Below, piece by piece: positions 9,144 to 17,513 of a stretch of DNA of 43,897 nt. The position numbers were made by a program, and so were the translations under genes. Numbering within the stretch: position 1 is the stretch's first letter; every line of letters starts with the position of its first letter. Location: IMG/VR virus record IMGVR_UViG_3300027419_000009, positions 1 to 43,897 of that record, one strand, 5' to 3'. Below the pieces are notes generated by a model, which saw nothing but the letters and a program-made list of their open reading frames with translations, did no database searches and had not been told where the DNA came from. Origin of the DNA: a virus. Its lineage: Duplodnaviria > Caudoviricetes.

Positions 9144-10385
9144 TTAATATGTTACCTCGCCAGAGATTGCCAGCGGATCGGGACTTAGACCATCCAGGTA
9201 TAAAGAGAATGTTTTTTCATTAGATTCCTCAGCATTATCAGAATTTAATGATCGGACTTTAAATAATACTGAGCCAACCGCACCGCTTTTTATGGCTGTG
9301 GTAGTGTAATAATTGGTTTTAATATTAATTGTCTGGCTAATGGATAAACTCCCGTCTAATAGCCAATTTGAGCCATTATCAAGTGAGTAATAAATATTAA
9401 ACTTAGAAATATTATAATCAAACGATTTCCATTTTAATTGTGCCATTCCCCCAGCCAATGCTTTACCTGTCAGGTCATAGGGAGATTTGGGTAATGGATC
9501 AGCCATAATAAAAGTTGAATCAATATAAAATTTTACTGTTTTTTCTTTAGAGATCATCCCGTATTTGTTCACCCCGACAACTGAGATTATCCAGTTTCCG
9601 GGCATAAAAAATAAATATGGGAAAGTAAAATCTGTTCCGGCTATAAAAGTAAGCGGCTTAGAATAATCAACCTCAGTATTTAATATTGATAGCTCTGGGC
9701 ATAGATTGGAAAAAATTAAATATCCGGCTGTATTATCTTCCGTCTTGTCCTCAGCTTCAGTTATGAGAATTGATAGGACATAATTTGAATAGAGATATTC
9801 AACCGATTCTGGACTATAGGGCAGACCTATTACTTTGATAGAAGCGATATTTGAAGCTATGCTGATATTGCCAGTCAGATCAGATCGTTTTAGAAAAAAT
9901 CTATAGGTAGCCCCATCATCCAGCGCCTGAGATTCCCAACCTGTGCTGTCAGGGTTAATAGTATCCAGTAACGAAAATGCTGATAATTCTAAGGCTGGGT
10001 TCCCGCTATCCCAATAAACAAAAATTGATTTTAAATCGGCGGTTGCGTCATTAGTCCAGCTTAATTTCAGATGGTTTCCACCAATTGGAAGGGGAGAAAT
10101 TATATTGGTATCTGTAAATGTTTCATTATCGAATGCTGGAAGAATATTAATATCTACCGGATAATCATTTCTGATATTTTGGATAGTGATATAGAAAGTC
10201 GAATCGTTAAATAAGAAAGCGCCTGATTGATATATCTTCCGATGGTATCCGGTAGTAACATCAATCGGGTATTTCATGAGATAAGAATAATATAAAATTC
10301 CATTATAAAAATCAGGGATTGACTCGTAAATCAATCCCCTTGATGGAATATTTGAACCAATTATTTTGTTTCCTAAATTGTTCAT
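9144..10385 (-). CDS. Fibronectin type III repeat tail protein (413 aa)
   Basis: About three FN3-like units (LKLSWT..YW..LDDGATYRFFLKRSDLTGNIS; PKSPYDL..LKWK..FNIYYS..FKVRSLNSDNAE). Confidence 0.7.
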   Translation of the reverse strand: MNNLGNKIIGSNIPSRGLIYESIPDFYNGILYYSYLMKYPIDVTTGYHRKIYQSGAFLFNDSTFYITIQNIRNDYPVDINILPAFDNETFTDTNIISPLPIGGNHLKLSWTNDATADLKSIFVYWDSGNPALELSAFSLLDTINPDSTGWESQALDDGATYRFFLKRSDLTGNISIASNIASIKVIGLPYSPESVEYLYSNYVLSILITEAEDKTEDNTAGYLIFSNLCPELSILNTEVDYSKPLTFIAGTDFTFPYLFFMPGNWIISVVGVNKYGMISKEKTVKFYIDSTFIMADPLPKSPYDLTGKALAGGMAQLKWKSFDYNISKFNIYYSLDNGSNWLLDGSLSISQTINIKTNYYTTTAIKSGAVGSVLFKVRSLNSDNAEESNEKTFSLYLDGLSPDPLAISGEVTY

Positions 10386-10867
10386 TTTTTAAATTTATTG
10401 AGATAATCAGAATAATACTGCATACATGAATTTATATAACGTTCTGGAATGATTTTATCATTTGGATTTCCAGAATTATAAGCGTCAAAAATATCCTGAA
10501 GCCTGAGCGTTCCACCTGCCTTCTCTTTAGCCTTTACCGCCCGATATTTGATATATTTTATTACATAGATAATTGAAGTTTCGTTATCCGCTAAACCTTC
10601 GGGAGTTCCGGTGTATCCTAACTCGCAGGCGGTCGGATACATGATCTGCCAACTCCCCCAAGAGCAACATGATTTTCTATCATATTTATCTATCATTTTT
10701 TTCATATTAGGATTTCTCCAATATGATATTTCAAACCGAGGGTTATTGTTTGCCCCTAATGTTGATTCCTGGCAGGCAATCGCATATAAAACAGCTTCAG
10801 AGTTAATGCCATTTGGTAATTTCAACAATGGCGCATTTCTTTTTATTACATCCATTATCATAAGCAA
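10382..10867 (-). CDS. Endolysin, lytic transglycosylase / lysozyme-like (SLT) fold
   Basis: AIACQES catalytic Glu motif, SWGSWQIM (GxxQ) motif, AYNSG motif. Confidence 0.85.
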   Translation of the reverse strand: MLMIMDVIKRNAPLLKLPNGINSEAVLYAIACQESTLGANNNPRFEISYWRNPNMKKMIDKYDRKSCCSWGSWQIMYPTACELGYTGTPEGLADNETSIIYVIKYIKYRAVKAKEKAGGTLRLQDIFDAYNSGNPNDKIIPERYINSCMQYYSDYLNKFKK

Positions 10868-10873
10868 ATATCC

Positions 10874-11029
10874 TTAATTGTTCAGCGTGAAAATTATACC
10901 GATGATAGTAAAAAGGATTGAGGGAATTAAAATAATAAACCAGCCTGCATTTACAAATTTTTCCATCTTTAGATAGATCAATAACATCTGAACCATCAAA
11001 ATGATTGTAACCATCAAAACATTTGCCAT
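10874..11029 (-). CDS. Small two-TM membrane protein, holin-like (51 aa)
   Basis: Not in ORF track: MANVLMVTIILMVQMLLIYLKMEKFVNAGWFIILIPSILFTIIGIIFTLNN; AGGGGG RBS; fills the gap directly before the endolysin. Confidence 0.7.
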   Translation of the reverse strand: MANVLMVTIILMVQMLLIYLKMEKFVNAGWFIILIPSILFTIIGIIFTLNN

Positions 11030-11032
11030 TTT

Positions 11033-11353
11033 TTAATCCCCCCTAATCTCATTTTTTTTAGCTGTTTCAGTAACATAAAGATTTTTCCAATATGCAGCCG
11101 ATTCTAAAAGCTGTTTCATTCTTGCCGGTGGAACGGCATAGTATCCAGAATATTCCCCGGAAGTTATTTTTTTTATCACCATATCCGAGGGGATAATGAC
11201 AACCTTAGTTTCCGGCTGTTTTATCTGAACCGTCTGAGTTACAATCGGAATTTTCGGCGCCTTGACTGTTATCAGGCTTGTCGCACAGGCTGTCAACAAT
11301 GCTATTGAGATCATCAACATTGTCAGAATTAATAGCTTTAGAAATATCTTCAT
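11033..11353 (-). CDS. Lipoprotein, o-spanin-like (106 aa)
   Basis: Signal peptide with lipobox LLTA-C, Pro-containing linker, C-terminal helix; overlaps the upstream membrane gene by 149 bp within the lysis cassette. Confidence 0.6.
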   Translation of the reverse strand: MKIFLKLLILTMLMISIALLTACATSLITVKAPKIPIVTQTVQIKQPETKVVIIPSDMVIKKITSGEYSGYYAVPPARMKQLLESAAYWKNLYVTETAKKNEIRGD

Positions 11354-11636
11354 TTTTAATAATCTCCGGTTCTGTTTTCTCTGGTTCTATCTCAATATTA
11401 TCATCACCCGGTTCTATTTTACCTGTTTTAAAAAAGGATAGTGGTATTTGGGTTGGGGAAAACCATGCCCGGATAATCAAAAATATCAATGGCTGCAAAG
11501 CTGTAACCAGTGGGAAAAGCCAAGCAGGGGCGTGTATAAACCCCTGCATTGACAAAATAAATGAGCAAATACCAGAAATGGTTAGCAGCGTTCCGATGAT
11601 CATATAACGAGATTTATACACTGGTTTTTTGTTCAT
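11205..11636 (-). CDS. Membrane protein (2 TM plus acidic tail), holin or i-spanin-like (143 aa)
   Basis: 'MNKKPVYKSR' holin-like N-terminus, two hydrophobic helices, D/E/N-rich tail overlapping the lipoprotein gene. Confidence 0.6.
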   Translation of the reverse strand: MNKKPVYKSRYMIIGTLLTISGICSFILSMQGFIHAPAWLFPLVTALQPLIFLIIRAWFSPTQIPLSFFKTGKIEPGDDNIEIEPEKTEPEIIKNEDISKAINSDNVDDLNSIVDSLCDKPDNSQGAENSDCNSDGSDKTAGN

Positions 11637-12175
11637 TATTTTTTCACCTTGAATAAATTTATGACCCCCTGAATTGTGTTTTCCAGAAGGTTCTGGGTAT
11701 CAAAACAGAGAATCTTTTTGACGTTTGCACCTGCCCCAGCAAATCCACCCATCTTACCGGATGAATCAACGGCTCCACCTATTTCAGCTGAGGGCTTTAA
11801 TTTGGCAATCTTAATATCTATATCCTCACGACAGGGACTATATGCAAGTGATCCAGTAAAAGTGTCTGGCTTGCTGACTACCCAGCCTACGCGAGCCTCT
11901 AAATTTACATACTCTAATGTCTCAGGCTGATAAGAGTATAAAACATATTCCAGAGTCGAGTTGAATCCCTCAACCGGGTTATCGTTCCCCCAGCCATAAA
12001 TAGTAGAAAATCTAATTCGGCTGGAATCATTGGCATAATCAGTGGTCGCCTTGGAAAATTCAGTAGAAGCATCATCGTAGATATTACTATCAGTAGTATT
12101 ATCATTCGATTCAGAATAAGAGAACTGAAAAGCAAAAACTGAAATTACAATTGATAGAATAAATAGTTTTTTCAT
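11636..12175 (-). CDS. Secreted beta-rich protein, possibly outer-membrane
   Basis: Probable ATG at 12175 (AGGTGGTG RBS); signal peptide MKKLFILSIVISVFAFQFSYS; alternating beta-strand segments. Confidence 0.6.
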   Translation of the reverse strand: MKKLFILSIVISVFAFQFSYSESNDNTTDSNIYDDASTEFSKATTDYANDSSRIRFSTIYGWGNDNPVEGFNSTLEYVLYSYQPETLEYVNLEARVGWVVSKPDTFTGSLAYSPCREDIDIKIAKLKPSAEIGGAVDSSGKMGGFAGAGANVKKILCFDTQNLLENTIQGVINLFKVKK

Positions 12176-12204
12176 TTGATTCACCACCTTTTTTACGATA
12201 TAAT
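12176..12204 (+). promoter_or_regulatory. Plus-strand sigma70-type promoter
   Basis: TTGATT (12176-12181), 17 bp, TATAAT (12199-12204). Confidence 0.65.
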
Positions 12205-12210
12205 TAATTC

Positions 12211-12277
12211 AGTTGATTTTTTCTCTTTCAATTATAGCCAGTTGTCGGCTTCCCCCTGACAGCTGGTTATTTTTTTT
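12211..12277 (+). ncRNA. Candidate ~65-nt small RNA
   Basis: Bounded by a plus-strand promoter and a plus-strand intrinsic terminator; no ORF; 5' arm complementary to several early-gene start regions. Confidence 0.6.
12234..12277 (+). terminator. Plus-strand intrinsic terminator
   Basis: TAGCCAGTTGTCGG-CTTCCCC-CTGACAGCTGGTTA then T8; 14-bp stem with three G.U pairs that form only on the plus strand. Confidence 0.8.
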
Positions 12278-12509
12278 ACTTTATAAATCTTGGGAGAAAA
12301 ATTGTTGCCAGAAATCCAAGGAACGAAACAACCCCTGATATTGCCAGTGAGCAACCCATGATCTTAGATTTCCATGCGTTGATAGAACCGATTTGCGTTT
12401 TTAGTTCCGCAACATCATCAAGCAATTTTTCAATCTGAGCTTCCGACCATCCTTGATACCGACCCTGCTTTATACCTTGTTCAAAGTCTTCTTTAGTCAT
12501 ATTTGCCAT
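12276..12509 (-). CDS. Coiled-coil plus C-terminal TM protein, XhlA-like holin candidate (77 aa)
   Basis: Heptad segment IEKLLDDVAELKTQIGSI followed by TM helix and basic tail; first gene of the lysis cassette. Confidence 0.65.
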   Translation of the reverse strand: MANMTKEDFEQGIKQGRYQGWSEAQIEKLLDDVAELKTQIGSINAWKSKIMGCSLAISGVVSFLGFLATIFLPRFIK

Positions 12510-12558
12510 AATTCCTCATTCCGACATTTTACAACAATGCCCTGCTAGAATGAAACTA

Positions 12559-13080
12559 TTAATCTACTCTAACCCATTTATTATTAGGCTTATATTCAAC
12601 CCATTTTATAAAATTAAATAAAACAGACAGAGAATCATTTATAAATTTTCCCTCAAAATTAATATACATCCCCTGACTATCAAACTCATGATCTTTATAC
12701 TGGAAACTAAATACTGGACTGTTTATATTGAATGAAGGATTTACAATAGTTTCAACTGCATAGGGTTCAATGAGTATCGGATATCTTTCTACATTCAGCG
12801 TAGTAATAATATCAATGATTATCTGTGTCGAATCATTATCAAAATAAATATTTTCAGTGGTAGAAATATTTTGATAAAGATATTTATAGGCAGTTGCCCC
12901 TTGATAGGTAAAAACGCAACTGGCAGAACCTAAAACATTATAAATATCATCATTGTTCCATATTTCCATGGCGTTTAAGTTGCCCCTGATATTCACCCCG
13001 TTTACTGTGGTATCAAGATCGAAAGCCTGACAGCCTGATAAAAATAATGAGACAATCAAAACAAGTAATGTTTTTTTCAT
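12559..13080 (-). CDS. Lipoprotein (about 173 aa), possible superinfection-exclusion or receptor-blocking protein
   Basis: Probable start 13080 (AAAGGGTGGTG RBS): MKKTLLVLIVSLFLSG-C lipobox; AT-rich; adjacent to the fibre-like gene. Confidence 0.65.
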   Translation of the reverse strand: MKKTLLVLIVSLFLSGCQAFDLDTTVNGVNIRGNLNAMEIWNNDDIYNVLGSASCVFTYQGATAYKYLYQNISTTENIYFDNDSTQIIIDIITTLNVERYPILIEPYAVETIVNPSFNINSPVFSFQYKDHEFDSQGMYINFEGKFINDSLSVLFNFIKWVEYKPNNKWVRVD

Positions 13081-13096
13081 ATCATCACCACCCTTT

Positions 13097-14482
13097 TTAG
13101 TCATATTTTCCAAATATCTCAAAACCATAATAGTAAACAGCTGTGGCATCTCGGTCTGTCTCTATCCATATAAAATATGTTTTATCAGAAGATAATAATA
13201 TTTTGTTTTGGCAAATTAATTCAAACGTTGGGGTAGTCCCAAAATTGGATATGCAGGTTGCAACTGTTTGAGTATTTATTATCTGTAGATCAGTCTGAAC
13301 TGATCCCTCATTTCTTTGACATACACGATAAAAAGTAGTTGATATGTCAGACGATCTTCTAACTTTCGATAAGACAGATGTAATTGAAAATGTTGAATTA
13401 TATAACCTACTAGGTATATCTATAATACATAAAGCGGTTGATTTTGTAACTGAAGATGAAAACCAAAATCCAAAATCAGAGGCTTTTGATATAGATCCGG
13501 AATATTGTTGAGCGTTTGATGCCGGAATGTATTTAATAAATGATGTTTCACTTGAATGGGTTAATTTGGCAGTTGTATCTATAACTAAATTTTTGCCATT
13601 TGGTATTTTAGTAGTATTATAATTTAGGCTTAATAATACACCATCCGCGCCATTAGCCCCCCGGATATACAGCTCATTGGAGCTTCCAGTTATCAGGTCA
13701 AGATAATTTCCATAGCTATATGATTTTAAAGCCATTCCCCTTCCAGAAGTATTTTTAAGAACCGCCAAGCTATCAGCATTTTTACTTGTAATTGTCTGGC
13801 AAGAAAATGTTGAATCAATAACCAGAGAATCGGTAATGATAATCTTAGAACTTTGCGCGCTGATTGTATTCCAACAAGTTTGATTGCCAAGGCTGGACTC
13901 ATACATATATATGCAGGAGACATTTGACCAACTGCATGGGTCCGTAAATGCCTCGTCATACCAATATAAATCAGTGATGTAACCGGTTTCCCATATAATT
14001 CCAGCGTTGGTATAACCCATATCTGGACCGGGCATATCACCATACCATTCATTTTTGGATATATTGGATGTAACCCAGCCGTTTCCCCCAGGTGTTTGTA
14101 AAAATCCTAAAAATTGAATTCCATTCATACCATGCTCGGTATCAATGGCATGAGCGAGTTGTATATCTGCATAATCACCGTCAATGACTGTTACAGATTC
14201 GGTAGTAATTACATATGTAACTCCAATATTTTCATAAAGTTCAGAGTAAACCTTTAACGCAACATTGGCAGTATCAGGCTTCCATGATTGTGGGACACTT
14301 ACCATTGACCACGGGATTGCTGAATCTTTACCCCACAGATCAGCGGCAGCATTTATATTGATTCTATCAGTTGAATCAGTTGCAGAACCAACCGACAGGC
14401 TTTCAAATCTGCCCGGAGTAAGGCAAAATGCTTGACCAATGATGAAATATATAGACAATACTAATAAGCTCTTAAATCGCAT
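13097..14482 (-). CDS. Tail fibre-like protein with N-terminal signal peptide (461 aa)
   Basis: MRFKSLLVLSIYFIIGQAFC signal-like N-terminus; S/T/G-rich beta repeats; C-terminal beta-sandwich-like domain. Confidence 0.55.
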   Translation of the reverse strand: MRFKSLLVLSIYFIIGQAFCLTPGRFESLSVGSATDSTDRININAAADLWGKDSAIPWSMVSVPQSWKPDTANVALKVYSELYENIGVTYVITTESVTVIDGDYADIQLAHAIDTEHGMNGIQFLGFLQTPGGNGWVTSNISKNEWYGDMPGPDMGYTNAGIIWETGYITDLYWYDEAFTDPCSWSNVSCIYMYESSLGNQTCWNTISAQSSKIIITDSLVIDSTFSCQTITSKNADSLAVLKNTSGRGMALKSYSYGNYLDLITGSSNELYIRGANGADGVLLSLNYNTTKIPNGKNLVIDTTAKLTHSSETSFIKYIPASNAQQYSGSISKASDFGFWFSSSVTKSTALCIIDIPSRLYNSTFSITSVLSKVRRSSDISTTFYRVCQRNEGSVQTDLQIINTQTVATCISNFGTTPTFELICQNKILLSSDKTYFIWIETDRDATAVYYYGFEIFGKYD

Positions 14483-14483
14483 T

Positions 14484-15167
14484 TTAGAATCTCCTCGTTA
14501 ATGTTTTAAGTAGTCTTATAAATCCCTGCCCAGCTTCATGATGATTTCCTGAACCTGCAATAATATAAAGCTCTTTAGCTGTCGGAATTTCCAGGTTTAT
14601 TGTTGCAGTAACTGAAGCTGACCCTTCCGGAATAGTCAGGTCATAATAGCCTACAGGGGAAGCCCCATCACATATACGGATTATAGAGCTGCCCCCTGTC
14701 GGTGGATTTAGAAGATTAATAGTAGCCGATTCTAGTTTTATCCTGGTATCCCATTTCAAACCCTGGCAGTAAACCTTACTCGACTCAATTTGGGAGGGCA
14801 GGGGAATGATAATATCTGATTGCTCCATTTGCTCTAATTCTATTTTTCTCAGCTGTGATCCCTTGGCAACATAAGAAGCGTAAAGAGTTGCTGGGAGATT
14901 AGCGCCTACCTGAATCAATCCGCGCGCCCAATCTAAAAGAATTGCCTGATCTGCGGTAATAGAACCGTATAATAAAAGATTTTCATTTAAGAGTGTGTAA
15001 CCAGTTCCAGTTTTACCTGCCCCTGTCCATAACTCTAAAGAATAGGGGTTAGGTTCATATTCTAAAAAACCTAACTTTCCGGTAATCCCTGAAGCCTGAT
15101 CAGTCCCTGAATCAAGATAAAGCAATTCATCCGATATTGTATAACCTGCGCCCTTATAATCCAGCAT
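14484..15167 (-). CDS. Tail-associated structural protein (227 aa)
   Basis: Position; two beta-rich domains; C-terminal jelly-roll-like pattern. Confidence 0.5.
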   Translation of the reverse strand: MLDYKGAGYTISDELLYLDSGTDQASGITGKLGFLEYEPNPYSLELWTGAGKTGTGYTLLNENLLLYGSITADQAILLDWARGLIQVGANLPATLYASYVAKGSQLRKIELEQMEQSDIIIPLPSQIESSKVYCQGLKWDTRIKLESATINLLNPPTGGSSIIRICDGASPVGYYDLTIPEGSASVTATINLEIPTAKELYIIAGSGNHHEAGQGFIRLLKTLTRRF

Positions 15168-15180
15168 TTAATAAGTTCTC

Positions 15181-15555
15181 CTATTCGGATAATTGCAAAA
15201 TCGACAATGAAAATGAAGCAAAATATCTTCCATCCGCTGATTTGTATATGCTGCCGTTTTGAGAAATTGCCATGATAACGCAATTACTGATATTCACAAA
15301 AGCCGATGATAAAGATCCGACAGTTACATCATCCCGTAAATCAAACCATTTTGTTTTTTCGTTCTCTAAATCTGATTTTGATGTTTTAATCATCAACATA
15401 TCATAGTTTAGAATTCTGCCGGTCTTGCCATAACTTTTAATAGCAACCCCATCGGCTGGCGGATAACTAATAATCTCTTTCTCTCTCTCAGAGCCTGTGT
15501 CAGAGATTAATTTATATACCCCTTCCCATGTATTACCAGCGAATGAAAATGACAT
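15181..15555 (-). CDS. Tube-fold / distal tail (tube-initiator-like) protein (124 aa)
   Basis: 'SYPPADGVAIKSYGKTGRILNY..GSL..NCVI..FSLSILQ' pattern resembles the GpU/Dit-type tube fold. Confidence 0.55.
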   Translation of the reverse strand: MSFSFAGNTWEGVYKLISDTGSEREKEIISYPPADGVAIKSYGKTGRILNYDMLMIKTSKSDLENEKTKWFDLRDDVTVGSLSSAFVNISNCVIMAISQNGSIYKSADGRYFASFSLSILQLSE

Positions 15556-15558
15556 TGG

Positions 15559-16005
15559 TTAAGTTCCGCTCACCAATTCTTTTTTGATTGGATTAACTCC
15601 GGCAGGGGAATAAATCCTGATCTCGAATTTCTCTGAAGCCAGCTCACCATGAGCCATAGTGTCTTCAGCTGGTCCGATAATGGCATAAACATTCGGATCT
15701 TTAGTCAGATCAAAAGAATATTTAATATAATTATTGGAATGAATTACCGGGGTTCTAATATCCAGAGAAGTAATTTTTTGATTGAATAGGGATATGAAAT
15801 CAATTCCGACAGCATTAATATCCAGGCTGATCCGGATATTGCCACCGGTAAAGAATGCGACCGATTGGGCAAGTGAATCATCATCACCGGCAGTAACTAC
15901 ATTGCCATTGATATTCCAAGTAACCCCCTTTATAAAGGTGAAGTCCTGATCCCCTATTGTAACCAGTGAAGCCCCGTTTGTAATTTGTTGCGTTGCGTTT
16001 GCCAT
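15559..16005 (-). CDS. Tail tube-like protein 2 (148 aa)
   Basis: Visible paralog of 16022-16438 (KGV..GDD..TG..KITSL.I..YAII..HGEL.SE...I.I..P). Confidence 0.65.
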   Translation of the reverse strand: MANATQQITNGASLVTIGDQDFTFIKGVTWNINGNVVTAGDDDSLAQSVAFFTGGNIRISLDINAVGIDFISLFNQKITSLDIRTPVIHSNNYIKYSFDLTKDPNVYAIIGPAEDTMAHGELASEKFEIRIYSPAGVNPIKKELVSGT

Positions 16006-16021
16006 TTTTTATACTCCTATG

Positions 16022-16438
16022 TTATGCGTCAACGAAAATTGAATCAGCTGAAGGATTAACAATCTTGATGGTAATGTTTTCGCTGGGTAATGCACCATGC
16101 TGAATCCCTGAGCTTATATCAGAGATTATCCCGTAGGCATTGGCAGCAAGGCTTTTAACCTTGGCGGTCCCACCGTTAGGCGGTTCAGCGGATATACTCA
16201 GAGATGTTATTTTAGATCCGGCAAGGGTAACAGAGTCAATGGAATCTTTATTAAAGGATATCGTTACATCCCCAGCCAGCCCAGTAATATACCCTTCCTG
16301 GACAAAACTAGCGTCATCCCCAACCTGTTCCACCCAATCCCCAGCTAAACCAACTGAAACATTTTGAACCCCTTTAAAGATTGTCCCGTTAATGGAAACC
16401 TCTTTTACATTCGCCAGCCTGACCTGTGAGAAGCTCAT
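16022..16438 (-). CDS. Tail tube-like protein 1 (138 aa)
   Basis: Follows the tail terminator; beta-rich tube-like size and pattern. Confidence 0.65.
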   Translation of the reverse strand: MSFSQVRLANVKEVSINGTIFKGVQNVSVGLAGDWVEQVGDDASFVQEGYITGLAGDVTISFNKDSIDSVTLAGSKITSLSISAEPPNGGTAKVKSLAANAYGIISDISSGIQHGALPSENITIKIVNPSADSIFVDA

Positions 16439-16440
16439 AA

Positions 16441-16911
16441 TTAAACCCCTTCTGCAATAACTCTTTTTACAGAAAATTCAATAAGAGTCATTAAATAGAT
16501 TTTATTTTTTTTATCATTTTTATCGTTAATATCAACTGTAATAGTGCCTTTAGTCGATACTGTATATGCAAAATTATTTAATTTATTGTTGTGCAATATT
16601 TTTCTTAATATTCCGGATTTCAGATATACCTCGGAAATATTGGCTGAATCGTCAAACTCACAATGATAGAATGATACTAAGCCGGTCAGTTCCACATTTG
16701 AATCATTTGAATTGTCTTCATCTCTGTCTTCCCATCCCGGAATGTAAATTCCTAATGCAGGGATAGAAGTTAAGTCAACCTTCCCGATTTCGACCCGACT
16801 GATCCCCAGCTTATTTAGATTTACAGGTTTTTCTAATTCAGCTTTTAAGGCATTGCAGAAATCCAATAAAAGATAGCCAGAATCAGTTTCATGTATTATT
16901 GAATCGGTCAT
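16441..16911 (-). CDS. Tail terminator / completion protein (156 aa)
   Basis: Synteny; 'PALGIY' motif; alpha/beta pattern typical of gpU/gp37-like proteins. Confidence 0.6.
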   Translation of the reverse strand: MTDSIIHETDSGYLLLDFCNALKAELEKPVNLNKLGISRVEIGKVDLTSIPALGIYIPGWEDRDEDNSNDSNVELTGLVSFYHCEFDDSANISEVYLKSGILRKILHNNKLNNFAYTVSTKGTITVDINDKNDKKNKIYLMTLIEFSVKRVIAEGV

Positions 16912-17513
16912 ATTGTTTCATTCAGCCCCTGAGATTGAATTAAGCGTTTATACTCTTTCTGAATATTTATTTTATTCCCGTTTTCGTCTCTGGCGGTAAT
17001 CCCATTTAGCTGTAATTCATATAACATTTGTTGCCTGATAAAAGCATGGATTTTTCTTTCGATAGCATAGATTGGAGATCCCTTACCATTCCACAAGTGC
17101 ATATAAGGGCGAGACCACATATAAACGCCACCAAATTGATGGACTCTGGCATATTTAATTATATTGGTATCAACCCCGTAGATAACAGAATAATTATCTT
17201 CTTTGATTTTATTTCCATGCGCGCCGGGTATTGTGGCAGCCCGTTTTAAAATCCCATGTAAAACTAAAATCTTTTTCCCTGGAAAATGTTTATGTTTCCA
17301 TCTGGCATATTTATCTGTTAAGGGTTGCCACCTGCGCCAATCATCCCCGATTTCACCCTCTTTAGAAAATATCTTTCTCTCTCCATAAGCAATTGATTTA
17401 ATGATATCTTTCCAAAGTGGCTTGAATTCTCCACGCTTCCCTATGTTTCCCATGTTAATCAGGGAAGCCCTGAACTGTGGGATACCGAATTGAGATATTG
17501 TTATTGTCAGCAT
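16908..17513 (-). CDS. Virion morphogenesis protein (Mu gpG / phage tail S family)
   Basis: WQPLTDKY..K..KILVLHGIL..G.D..KYARVHQFGG..RPYM motifs. Confidence 0.85.
   Translation of the reverse strand: MLTITISQFGIPQFRASLINMGNIGKRGEFKPLWKDIIKSIAYGERKIFSKEGEIGDDWRRWQPLTDKYARWKHKHFPGKKILVLHGILKRAATIPGAHGNKIKEDNYSVIYGVDTNIIKYARVHQFGGVYMWSRPYMHLWNGKGSPIYAIERKIHAFIRQQMLYELQLNGITARDENGNKINIQKEYKRLIQSQGLNETI

Noticed and set aside
15181-16438. Tail assembly chaperone -1 frameshift pair
   Set aside because: These ORFs are beta-rich tube-like proteins with their own starts; no G/GT-type arrangement precedes the tape-measure-like gene
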